39,181 nt of DNA from Coprothermobacterota bacterium (GTDB taxonomy: Bacteria > Coprothermobacterota > HKB111), in NCBI GenBank assembly GCA_037440465.1, contig JBBIUB010000011.1:1-39181 (forward strand), written 5' to 3'. Position 1 is the stretch's first letter, and each line of letters begins with the position of its first letter. This document shows positions 9,163 through 18,530 of this stretch, piece after piece. The position numbers and the translations under genes are program-made. Below the pieces are notes generated by a model. The model did not search any database and was not told where the DNA came from. It worked only from the letters and a program-made list of their open reading frames with translations.

Positions 9163-9519
9163 CCTATTTAATTTTACCACAGAAGCCTTATGCCATAGAT
9201 ATTCCAATCTATAATAATCTCTTGCTGAGATATCCATTAGATGAAGAATAAAATAACCTAAATCTATGAGTACCCAGCTACTTTTTTCATCACCTTCTAC
9301 ACCACGAATTTTGTTTTTTGTTTCAACATTTTCAGATAGTGTTTTGATTACTCTATCCGCGTGGGTCGGTGAAAGTATAGTACCAATAATAAAGAAGTCT
9401 GAAAAAGCCGCCCATTCCCTTATATCAAGCACTACCAGCGACTCTACTTTAGACTCCTCCAGGATATTGAAAACATTAAACATTAAACGATCAACTATGA
9501 TTCCTTTTTCTTTTTCCAG
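9151..9519 (-). CDS. rsfS: Ribosome silencing factor RsfS
   Basis: LVVLDI..FSDFFIIGT, VEG, SSWVLIDLG..ILHLM...RDYYRLEYLW; located directly after nadD. Start placed at in-frame CTG 9519 behind AAGGAGG (first ATG is 9483). Confidence 0.9.
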   Translation of the reverse strand: MEKEKGIIVDRLMFNVFNILEESKVESLVVLDIREWAAFSDFFIIGTILSPTHADRVIKTLSENVETKNKIRGVEGDEKSSWVLIDLGYFILHLMDISARDYYRLEYLWHKASVVKLNRTPE

Positions 9520-9523
9520 ATTA

Positions 9524-10132
9524 TTAACCTCCTTTCTTATATAGGTTATTAGAAATAATGTATTCTTCTACCTGACTGGGAACCATATAGGTTATGGGAA
9601 ACCCCAGTAATACTCTTTTTCTGATTTCTGCTGAAGAAACCTCTATAATCCTGTTGTTTAACCTGATTACAGATCCTTCTTTAAGTAATGAAAGCACTTC
9701 CAATGCCTTTGAGCTATCAAGAGAAATACCAACCCTGGGGATTATTACTAACTTAGATAGCTCAGATATCTTATCTGGCTCTCTCCAGGTAGGCAGTTCC
9801 AGGAATGAATCAGCACCCAACAAAAAGAATATTTCACAATCATAACCCCACATATCTCTTAACTCACGAAGAGTTTCTATTGTGTAAGAAACCCCACCCC
9901 GTACTTGTTCAATTTCCAGAACTTTGAGTCGGGAACTGTGCATTGTGGCAAGCTTAAGCATTTCAAATCTATGTTCAAAAGGTGTTATATACTTATCTCT
10001 TTTATGAGGAGGATTAAACGCAGGTATAAAATAAAAATCTGATAATCCAAGAAGTTGAATAGCATCTTCTGCGCTTATGAGGTGACCGTTGTGTACAGGA
10101 TCAAAAGTTCCACCCATTATACCGTAACGCAT
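9524..10132 (-). CDS. nadD: Nicotinate-nucleotide adenylyltransferase
   Basis: GIMGGTFDPVHNGH, PPHK, SYTIETL, LLGADS, VSSAEIR. Confidence 0.96.
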   Translation of the reverse strand: MRYGIMGGTFDPVHNGHLISAEDAIQLLGLSDFYFIPAFNPPHKRDKYITPFEHRFEMLKLATMHSSRLKVLEIEQVRGGVSYTIETLRELRDMWGYDCEIFFLLGADSFLELPTWREPDKISELSKLVIIPRVGISLDSSKALEVLSLLKEGSVIRLNNRIIEVSSAEIRKRVLLGFPITYMVPSQVEEYIISNNLYKKGG

Positions 10133-10133
10133 C

Positions 10134-11360
10134 TTACTTCTCCGGCAAATAAGTAAACCAGGTTTCCCCTATTTTTACCTGTTGGTATGGTTCTATGCCT
10201 GCTTTTATAAGAAGAGTTTCCAAGCCTAACTCCTTAATCTTTTTTCTAAGAATCTGAATCCCTTTTGGCGTATCCAGATTAATTGATGATAGCGCAAGTT
10301 CTACTTCATAACTCTTGATTTCAAAGACACCATCGCTAATTTTTCTAACTATTGGAGCTTGTGTGCTAAATAGAGTTACCTCCTCTTTCTCTTTTCTTTC
10401 AACGATAATCTTTTTGGTTGCCAACTTCAGTAATATTTCTTCCAGTTCCTTTAACCCCTCACCCGAAACTGCTGAAACTTGCATCATAGGAATACCCTTT
10501 TTCTTTGATAGCCTCCTGATCGTTTTTAACAAAAGGTCTTTTTTATTTCCAACAATTAGAAGTTGTTTATCTTTGATGTTCTCTGAAAAGAAAGTTTCAA
10601 TTTCTCTATCAAGGTTAGAAACGCTAAGATCTACAACTAATACCAGTACTTTCGCTCTCTTAGTTTGTTTCCAGAACCTCAAATTACCTTCAGAATCTCT
10701 AAGAGAAGGAATCTCGCAAATAGTCAATGGGGGGTCAGTTTTCAAAACTCCTAATACAGGAATAGTGGTTGTATAAGGATATTGAGCTACTTCTGCTTTT
10801 GAACCTGTAAGTACATTTAAAAGCAAAGATTTTCCGGAATTAGGAGAACCTATAAAAGCTATATCAATTACCATAGTAAAATCCAGGGTCAATTCTCTGG
10901 ATTCGCCAATTTCACCCCATTCAGCATACCGAGGAGCTCTATTTGTAGAACTCTTAAAGTGGACATTTCCCCTTCCACCTTTACCACCCCGTGCTAAAAC
11001 AATTTCTTGTCTATCATTTAACAGCTCTATTATCTGTTCATTTCTAAACTTATCTATAACTATAGTTCCTATGGGAACTTCAATAATGAGGTTCTCTCCT
11101 GCCCTTCCTGCTTTTTTTCCTCCCTGACCACCATAACCATTTTCTGCAGCATATAAGGGGTTATGAACAAATGATGACAGGTCAAATAATCGGTTTGTAG
11201 CTCTAAGTATTACTTTCCCTCCGTTACCACCGTCTCCTCCATCTGGTCCACCAAAAGGTAAGAATTTTTTCCTATCAAAGCTTATTATTCCCCTACCTCC
11301 TCTCCCCCCTCTAACTATAATGTCTGCCTTATCTATAAAAATTGTTATTCTCTCATTCAA
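10134..11360 (-). CDS. obg: Obg family GTPase (divergent G domain)
   Basis: Gly-rich Obg fold (GGPDGGDGGNGG, GGKGGRGNVHFKSSTNRAP), G1 GSPNSGKS, YPYTT, NKKD and a C-terminal OCT-like domain. TTG start is tentative. Confidence 0.9.
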   Translation of the reverse strand: MNERITIFIDKADIIVRGGRGGRGIISFDRKKFLPFGGPDGGDGGNGGKVILRATNRLFDLSSFVHNPLYAAENGYGGQGGKKAGRAGENLIIEVPIGTIVIDKFRNEQIIELLNDRQEIVLARGGKGGRGNVHFKSSTNRAPRYAEWGEIGESRELTLDFTMVIDIAFIGSPNSGKSLLLNVLTGSKAEVAQYPYTTTIPVLGVLKTDPPLTICEIPSLRDSEGNLRFWKQTKRAKVLVLVVDLSVSNLDREIETFFSENIKDKQLLIVGNKKDLLLKTIRRLSKKKGIPMMQVSAVSGEGLKELEEILLKLATKKIIVERKEKEEVTLFSTQAPIVRKISDGVFEIKSYEVELALSSINLDTPKGIQILRKKIKELGLETLLIKAGIEPYQQVKIGETWFTYLPEK

Positions 11361-11437
11361 TTACTAAGTAGGGTTCGAGGACTCCAATATTTGAGAGTCC
11401 GAGGGTTTCAGTTGAATCCTTGACTCTTTGAATCCTT
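11361..11437. repeat. Intergenic degenerate octamer inverted array (element A)
   Basis: GGGTTCGA GGACTCCA ATATTTGA GAGTCCGA GGGTTTCA, then the inverted units TGAATCCT TGACTCTT TGAATCCT. Confidence 0.75.
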
Positions 11438-11484
11438 AATGTTAAACAACTTTGGAGATGATTCATTAAGTTAAGCTTACCTCC

Positions 11485-12243
11485 TCAGAGAGATAACCCC
11501 CAGGAAGTAATTTTTGACAAATAATCCTCCCGGGTTAAAGAATAGTCCAGTGGAGTTATAGAAACATATCCATTTCTAACTGATTCCACATCGCTTCTTT
11601 CATCTCCAAGAATATGTACCAGGTGATTTGACAGCCAGAAATAAGTCTCTTCCCGTGGATCAACTCTCTCTTCAAGCTGATTTTTATACTGCCATTTACC
11701 TTGAACCGTATACCGTATTCCTTTAATTTCATCAAAGTGGAGGTTGGGAACATTTACATTTAAAACAACATCAGGTTCAAGTGTATTTTTGATTGCCCCT
11801 TCTGTAATTAGCCGAGCTACTTTAGAAGCTGCCTGCCATTTAAGATTAAAAAAAGCAGCTACAGAAAACGCAATTGAAGGAATCATGGCGAGAGAGCCTT
11901 CTACAGCTGCAGAAAGAGTACCTGAATAATAGAGATCACTCCCCATATTAGGACCACGATTGATGCCTGACAGAAGAAGAGAAGGTTTCTCTTTACAAGC
12001 TCTGTGTAAGCCCAACACAACACAATCAGCTGGAGTACCATTAACCATGTAGGCTTTTACTCCCTTGCTTCTAAACTCAACCTCTTTTAGTCTAAGAGGT
12101 TTATGAAGTGTAAGAGCATGTGAAACGGCACTTCTCTCCCTCTCAGGAGCAACTACGACTACTTCATCAAGGGTTTTAATAGCTTCCACCAGGTGGAATA
12201 TGCCATCAGATTGAATACCATCATCATTCGTTATTAATATCAC
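11485..12243 (-). CDS. surE: 5'/3'-nucleotidase SurE
   Basis: ILITNDDG, VVAP..ERSAVSH, GTPADCV, SGINRGPNMG..YSGT, VSITPL. Confidence 0.97.
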   Translation of the reverse strand: MILITNDDGIQSDGIFHLVEAIKTLDEVVVVAPERERSAVSHALTLHKPLRLKEVEFRSKGVKAYMVNGTPADCVVLGLHRACKEKPSLLLSGINRGPNMGSDLYYSGTLSAAVEGSLAMIPSIAFSVAAFFNLKWQAASKVARLITEGAIKNTLEPDVVLNVNVPNLHFDEIKGIRYTVQGKWQYKNQLEERVDPREETYFWLSNHLVHILGDERSDVESVRNGYVSITPLDYSLTREDYLSKITSWGLSL

Positions 12244-14977
12244 AGCCTATAATTCTCTTAACTTCCTCAGCACATCTTGAACAAAGAGTAAGATGCTCTT
12301 TATTTTCTCCCACAGATGAACTCCACTTCCAACAGCGCTCACATTTTTGACCTGATGCATGCTGTATTTCAATATGAATTCCTTCTTCATCTATATTTTC
12401 CAGGTTAATTCCGGAGATAATAAACAGATCTTCTAAATCATCATTACCAAAAGACCTTAAAAAGTTTATGGTATTTTCACTGCTTTTTATGGTTACAGAA
12501 GCTTCAAGAGAACTTCCAATAAAGCCTTCTCTTCTCGCACTTTCCAGCTCCTTATTAACTGCTTCTCTTATATCAAGAAGGTAGGTTAATTTTTCTTCCA
12601 GCTCAGGTTTGTTTAATACATCTTTATAATCAGGGAATGGCATTAGATGTATGCTAAGCGTTGAATCACCGGATATGCTCTTTAGCTCTACAAATACTTC
12701 CTCAGAAGTAAATGTTAGAATGGGTGCTATTAAGGAAGACAGGTTTTTTAAAAGTGTATAAAGAGTAGTCTGAGTTGCTTTTCTTCTGGGGTGATTATCG
12801 TGTAAAACATACAACCTGTCTTTCACTATATCCAGGTAAAAAGCGCTTAAATCACGAACACAGAAATCGTGAAGCAGATGGTGGAATCTGTGATATCTAT
12901 ATTCTTCAAATGACTGATTTACATCCTTAATAAGATTATTCATACGATGTAAAACCCACTGATTAAGTTCGCCAATTTCTTCGTAAGGGATAGCATCGCT
13001 CTCGTTAAAGTCATATAGATTGCTTATGATAAATCTTAAGGTATTTCTGATTTTCCGATATATATCAGAGAATTGCTCAAGTATATCCTTTGATATAGAT
13101 ACATCCTTACTAAAATCAGAACCTGTTAAAGCTAATCTTAAAACATCAGCTCCATATTTAGATATAATATCATCTGGACTAATAACATTACCCAGTGATT
13201 TATGCATAGTTCTACCTTTATCATCAACAATCCAACCGCTGGTTACCACATTTTTATAGGGAGCCTTATTTTTTAGCGGAATGGAGGTAAGGAGGGAAGT
13301 CTGGAACCAGCCACGGTGTTGGTCAGAACCTTCCAGATATAGATCTGCTGGCCAGCTTAACTCTTTTCTCTCTTCTAACACAGCATAGTGAGATGTCCCA
13401 GAGTCAAACCATACATCCATAATATCTGTTTCCTTGTTAAAGTTTTTACTACCACAGGTGGGACAACTAAATCCTTCTGGAAGAAGCTTGGATGGTTCCC
13501 ACTCGTACCATACATCAAAACTATTTTCAAGAGCAATTTTAGATAGGTTATTAATCGTTTCTTCGTTCAAAATAGTTTCTTCACAATCATCACAATAAAA
13601 AACAGGTATGGGAACTCCCCAGACTCTTTGACGGGAAAGGCACCAGTCAGGCCTGGCCTTTACCATAGATTCTATTCTATTTATACTTCCAGACGGTAAC
13701 CAGTTTACTTCTTTGATGCCTTCAATTGCCTTCTCCCTAAATTTATCTACATCTACAAACCATTGCCTGGCAGCGCGGTAAATCACCGGCTTATGACATC
13801 TCCAACAATGAGGATACTGATGGAGGATTTTTCCTGACTCGAAAATTAAACCTTTTTCTCTTAAGTGGGCGAGGATTAATTCTTCAGATACTTTATAAGA
13901 TACTCCTTCATAAGGACCTGCTTCATTTGTAAATAGACCTTTTTCATCAACTGGAGAAGTAAGGTCGAGACCGTACTTTTTACCAGTTATGTGGTCAATA
14001 TCTCCATGCCCTGGAGCTACATGAACACATCCAGTGCCTTCTTCAAGCGATACCCACTCTTCAGCTACAACTGAAAAGGTTTTTTGGTTAAGAGGATGAC
14101 TATAGGATAAGCCATGAAGTTCTGAGCCAATTACAATATTAGTTATGTTCCCTACATTTTTCCCAGTAACATTTTCTACAGATTTAATAAGGTCTTTAAG
14201 AATAATTCGGGTTTTATCATTATCTTTTACAAAGGCATACTCCCCGGTGGGATGTACAGCAACAGCTCTATTACCTGGTAAAGTCCAGGGTGTAGTAGTC
14301 CAAATTAATATATAAGTTTCAGGTCTATTAAATACTGGAAACTCTACATAGATTGAATGTGATTGCTTTTCTTCATATTCTATCTCAGCATCTGCTAAAG
14401 AGGTTTCACAATTAGGACACCAGAGGACAGATTTGAAATCACGGTATAAGAAACCCTTATAGAATAGTTCAGCAAATACTCTAATTTCTTTAACTTCATA
14501 TTGGGTGTTCATGGTAATGTAAGGTTTGAACCAATCACCAAAAACTCCTAACCTTCTAAACTGGTTCCTCTGTCTATCAACATAATGGGATGCTACTTCA
14601 CGGCATTTGTTACGCCAATCAACTACAGATACGGTCTTTCTGTCAAGCTTTAACTTCTTGGCAACTTCCTGTTCTGTTGGTAGTCCGTGACAATCCCAGC
14701 CGGGAACATATGGTGCATAGAAGCCAGTCATTGACTTATAACGAACTGTTACATCTTTTAATATCTTATTAAGAGCAGTTCCCAGATGAATGTCACCATT
14801 GGCATAAGGAGGTCCATCATGAAGGATAAAAACAGGACCTTTGTTGTTCTTATCTAAAATCTTTTCATAAATATTCATTTCATCCCAATAATCAATCCAG
14901 GTAGGTTCTTTTTGCGGGAGGTTAGCGCGCATTGAAAAATTTGTTTTTGGTAGGTTTAAAGTCTTCTCGTATTCCAT
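12224..14977 (-). CDS. ileS: Isoleucine--tRNA ligase (type 1, C-terminal Zn finger)
   Basis: LHDGPPYANG.IHLGT, GWDCHGLP, WTTTPWT, EGSDQHRGWF, TMHKS, KCERCW...LCSRC. Confidence 0.97.
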   Translation of the reverse strand: MEYEKTLNLPKTNFSMRANLPQKEPTWIDYWDEMNIYEKILDKNNKGPVFILHDGPPYANGDIHLGTALNKILKDVTVRYKSMTGFYAPYVPGWDCHGLPTEQEVAKKLKLDRKTVSVVDWRNKCREVASHYVDRQRNQFRRLGVFGDWFKPYITMNTQYEVKEIRVFAELFYKGFLYRDFKSVLWCPNCETSLADAEIEYEEKQSHSIYVEFPVFNRPETYILIWTTTPWTLPGNRAVAVHPTGEYAFVKDNDKTRIILKDLIKSVENVTGKNVGNITNIVIGSELHGLSYSHPLNQKTFSVVAEEWVSLEEGTGCVHVAPGHGDIDHITGKKYGLDLTSPVDEKGLFTNEAGPYEGVSYKVSEELILAHLREKGLIFESGKILHQYPHCWRCHKPVIYRAARQWFVDVDKFREKAIEGIKEVNWLPSGSINRIESMVKARPDWCLSRQRVWGVPIPVFYCDDCEETILNEETINNLSKIALENSFDVWYEWEPSKLLPEGFSCPTCGSKNFNKETDIMDVWFDSGTSHYAVLEERKELSWPADLYLEGSDQHRGWFQTSLLTSIPLKNKAPYKNVVTSGWIVDDKGRTMHKSLGNVISPDDIISKYGADVLRLALTGSDFSKDVSISKDILEQFSDIYRKIRNTLRFIISNLYDFNESDAIPYEEIGELNQWVLHRMNNLIKDVNQSFEEYRYHRFHHLLHDFCVRDLSAFYLDIVKDRLYVLHDNHPRRKATQTTLYTLLKNLSSLIAPILTFTSEEVFVELKSISGDSTLSIHLMPFPDYKDVLNKPELEEKLTYLLDIREAVNKELESARREGFIGSSLEASVTIKSSENTINFLRSFGNDDLEDLFIISGINLENIDEEGIHIEIQHASGQKCERCWKWSSSVGENKEHLTLCSRCAEEVKRIIGCDINNE

Positions 14978-14983
14978 ATATTA

Positions 14984-17956
14984 TTATACCAGATCTTCCC
15001 AGGAATAATAGGCACTATCACCTTTGATCAACTTGCATCCCGTTAGAAGAAAAATGTCCTCCTTTTTTATAAGTCTATTAAATATTAGCTTAACATCTTT
15101 TCCTTTTATTATAAGACCCTTTGCTCCTACTTCTCTTGCAATAATTTTTAATTTTAAGATGGCGAGAAGATTAATGACCTCCGATGGAAGTAAACCAAAA
15201 CGGTCTTTTAATTCATCCTTAATCAAAACAAGGTCTTCACCAGATAAGCACAAGCTCAGTTTCTTATAGAAAAATAACCTTAAGGCTTCGTCCTCAATAT
15301 AGTAACCCGGCAAGTACGCAGGACGATCTGAAGAGACAAAAACATCTTCCTCTTTCTTACCATCCTTATCAGTAACTCCTTTCATTTTCTCAACAACCAT
15401 TTCTGTAAAAAGATCAAGGCCAACTCTGATTATGTGACCATGCTGTTCGTGCCCATATAAATTTCCAGCTCCGCGAATTTCTAAATCCCGCATTGCCAAC
15501 CTGAAACCAGAACCCAGGTTTGAATTCTCAACGATAGCTTGTAATCTCTCTTCACCCTCATAGGTCATGCTGGCTTTTGAATAAAACAGATACACATAGC
15601 TCTTTAGATTTGAGCGTCCTACCCTTCCCCTTAACTGATAAAGCTCTGATAAACCAAGATTTTGTGCTTCATCAATAATTAAGGTATTGGCTCTCGGTAT
15701 ATCAATCCCTGATTCTATTATAGTTGTAGATAGAAGAACCTGAAGGTCTCCCCGGTAAAACTTCCATAATATTTCTTCAAGTTCTTTATCATTCATCTGA
15801 CCATGTGCAATTCCGATATTTACTGAACCGATTAAAGATTTGAGCATATCACCTACTTTATAAATAGATTTAACCCTGTTATGAACATAAAATACCTGAC
15901 CTCCTCGTTTTAGCTCCCTTTCAATTGCTTCTTTAACAATAGATGGGTTAAAAGGAGAACAATAAATTTTTGCGTCTAATCTTCCTAATGGAGGTGTAAA
16001 AAGAAGACTGACATCCTTAATCCCCTTAAAAGCTAACTGTAATGTCCTTGGAATAGGTGTAGCAGACATAGATAATGTGTCTAAATTAGCTTTAATTTCT
16101 TTTATCTTTTCTTTCTGCCAAACCCCAAACCTGTGTTCTTCATCTATTATAAGAAGTCCTAAATCTTTGAATATAACATCTTTTTGAAGGAGCCGATGGG
16201 TTCCAATTATAATATCAAGAGTGCCTTTTTTTAGATTTTCAAGGGTAGTATTTTGCTCTTTCTGTGAAACAAATCGCGATAGTATTCCAATATTTATAGG
16301 GAACGGGGAAAAGCGTTCTTTAAATAAATGATAGTGCTGGTGAGCAAGAATTGTAGTAGGGACAAGAACAGCTGCTTGTTTTCCAGACATCACAGCTTGA
16401 TAACTTGCACGAAGAGCAATCTCTGTTTTTCCATAACCAACATCTCCGCAAATTAGCCTATCCATCATTTTATTTGAAGCCATATCTTTTTTTACTTCTT
16501 CTATAACTTTTAACTGGTCAGGTGTTTCCTCGTAAGGAAAACCCTGGATGAACTCGTCTTCTCCAATAGGGTTTTCAGGAAAAACATATCCCTCTTTGAG
16601 TTTTCTTGAAGCATAAAGCTCAAGAAGTTTTGAGGCAACCTCACCAGCTTTCTCAACCGCTTTTTCTCGAATTTTAACCCATTCAGTCTTATCAAGAGGA
16701 GAAAGATTGTAAGTATCAGAACCAGAATACCTCTTGATAAGATGCAACTGGCTAAAAGGAATATATAATCTATCATTATTCTTGTATTCAAGCTCAATAT
16801 ACTCACCCAATTCACCTGCTATTTCTACAGGCTTTAAACCCTTAAAAACTCCGATACCATAGTTAAGATGAACTACAGGTTTACCTCTTTCAAACCCTTC
16901 AAGTAATTCTCTTGGAAATAGAGATACTTTTGAAGGAGGAGGATAAGGACTTAATTTAATATCAAATAACTCATTATCACTTAATACATTAACATCCGGA
17001 TCAATTAACCTGAAGCCAGATCTCAACCTTCCCCTAAGAACTGTAACTCTTTTATTATCAAATTCGGGAAGGCGGTTCACATACTCAGTTATCACTACGA
17101 CCTCCCCTTTTGCTTGCGAAAGATTTAACGGCTCTACTGCTTCCAGATAAATATAAGGTATATTAGTTTTATTAGAAGATATTCTTATAGACCAGTTCAA
17201 CTTCAAATCATCAATACTTAAACTTAGCTCATCTTGTATATCATTATCTTCTAACAAGATAATTCTATATTCCTGGGGAATCAATTTATAAAACGGAAAA
17301 AATGAATCTCTGGGTCCACCCACCACACCAACTTTGAGTTTAGAAGAAGAGATTCTCTCAATTGTCATCTGGGTTTCTGAATCTACTTTACGAATATCTT
17401 GAATGATATTTTTCTCATCGTATTCCAATCGCAGAATATTCCTGTCAACAGGGTTGTATATGTCTAAAATGTAACCTCTTACAGCAAACTCTTTAGGTTG
17501 AGTTACAACAAAAGTTTTAGTAAAACCCTTTTCCTGCAGAAAGCGCACAAGTTCATCTCGAGGAAATTGCATACCCTTAACTATCAATGGTGAAGGCAGG
17601 TTTTCACTTATTAGAGGTAGCAAAAGAATATCTGGTGTAGCAAGATAAATTTCTCTTTCCCTCTTATTTAAGGAAAGGAAATTTAAGAGGTCACTTTCTA
17701 AGTCTTCACTATCAGAAGATAATATTTTTACCCGGTTACCCCACGATGAAAGTTCAATGCTTAAGAGATAGGATTCTCTGGCTGGAAGAATCACCAGAAG
17801 CGGTTCCTTAGAAGCCAAGGCAGTTAACAACCAGGGCCATGTAGCTTGTTTTGGAGCCCAGACATTAACCTTCCCTTCTTCTTGAAGCTCTCTATTAACA
17901 GACTTAAAAAAGGTTGATTTAAGGAAATTAACTAAAGAATTTGACTCTATCTTCAA
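14984..17956 (-). CDS. mfd: Transcription-repair coupling factor
   Basis: FAVRGYILDI, VVHLNYGIG (RID), ETPDQ, CGDVGYGKT, DEEHRFG, SATPIPRTL, QLRGRVGR, DLEIRGAG and a TRCF C-terminus. Confidence 0.95.
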   Translation of the reverse strand: MKIESNSLVNFLKSTFFKSVNRELQEEGKVNVWAPKQATWPWLLTALASKEPLLVILPARESYLLSIELSSWGNRVKILSSDSEDLESDLLNFLSLNKREREIYLATPDILLLPLISENLPSPLIVKGMQFPRDELVRFLQEKGFTKTFVVTQPKEFAVRGYILDIYNPVDRNILRLEYDEKNIIQDIRKVDSETQMTIERISSSKLKVGVVGGPRDSFFPFYKLIPQEYRIILLEDNDIQDELSLSIDDLKLNWSIRISSNKTNIPYIYLEAVEPLNLSQAKGEVVVITEYVNRLPEFDNKRVTVLRGRLRSGFRLIDPDVNVLSDNELFDIKLSPYPPPSKVSLFPRELLEGFERGKPVVHLNYGIGVFKGLKPVEIAGELGEYIELEYKNNDRLYIPFSQLHLIKRYSGSDTYNLSPLDKTEWVKIREKAVEKAGEVASKLLELYASRKLKEGYVFPENPIGEDEFIQGFPYEETPDQLKVIEEVKKDMASNKMMDRLICGDVGYGKTEIALRASYQAVMSGKQAAVLVPTTILAHQHYHLFKERFSPFPINIGILSRFVSQKEQNTTLENLKKGTLDIIIGTHRLLQKDVIFKDLGLLIIDEEHRFGVWQKEKIKEIKANLDTLSMSATPIPRTLQLAFKGIKDVSLLFTPPLGRLDAKIYCSPFNPSIVKEAIERELKRGGQVFYVHNRVKSIYKVGDMLKSLIGSVNIGIAHGQMNDKELEEILWKFYRGDLQVLLSTTIIESGIDIPRANTLIIDEAQNLGLSELYQLRGRVGRSNLKSYVYLFYSKASMTYEGEERLQAIVENSNLGSGFRLAMRDLEIRGAGNLYGHEQHGHIIRVGLDLFTEMVVEKMKGVTDKDGKKEEDVFVSSDRPAYLPGYYIEDEALRLFFYKKLSLCLSGEDLVLIKDELKDRFGLLPSEVINLLAILKLKIIAREVGAKGLIIKGKDVKLIFNRLIKKEDIFLLTGCKLIKGDSAYYSWEDLV

Positions 17957-18519
17957 TTAAATTTAGACATAGCAGCTGCCATCCCTTCTTCCAGATAAAA
18001 CTCAACAGCTGATACAGTATTTTCTATAGTCTCCCTGAGCTGCTCTTCTTCTTCACGAGAATATTCTGTCAGGACATATTCTTCAATTTCACATTCCCGA
18101 ATAGGCCTTCCAATGCCTATCTTTAACCTATCAAACTGAGAAGTGCCGATAACTTTTATTATAGATTCAATACCCTTATGTCCTCCCGAGCTACTATTTG
18201 ATTTAAACCTGATTTTACCTGAAGGAAGATCAAGATCATCATGAATCACTAACATTATTCTAACTATATCAAGAGCTTCCTTTCCGGTTTTAGCTATGTA
18301 AGAATCCAAAGATAATCCACTAAGATTCATATAAGTCATGGGCTTGATGAGTTCTATTTCCTTTTCTCTATAAATCATATGTGAATATTGGCTCCGATAT
18401 TTTTTTTGCCATTTTAAATTATATTTCAGGGCAAAAGAGTCAAGCACCATAAAACCTATGTTGTGTCGGGTTAAAAGATATGTTAAACCCGGGTTTCCCA
18501 GGCCAATTAATAATCGCAT
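17953..18519 (-). CDS. pth: Peptidyl-tRNA hydrolase
   Basis: GLGNPG..TRHNIGF, KPMTYMNLSG, HDDLDL, GGHKG, RLKIGIGRP. Confidence 0.97.
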   Translation of the reverse strand: MRLLIGLGNPGLTYLLTRHNIGFMVLDSFALKYNLKWQKKYRSQYSHMIYREKEIELIKPMTYMNLSGLSLDSYIAKTGKEALDIVRIMLVIHDDLDLPSGKIRFKSNSSSGGHKGIESIIKVIGTSQFDRLKIGIGRPIRECEIEEYVLTEYSREEEEQLRETIENTVSAVEFYLEEGMAAAMSKFN

Positions 18520-18530
18520 GGTATCAAAGA

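Noticed and set aside
8784..9251. Plus-strand ORFs of 155 aa and 92 aa
   Set aside because: They are antisense to the GC-rich rnpB RNA gene.
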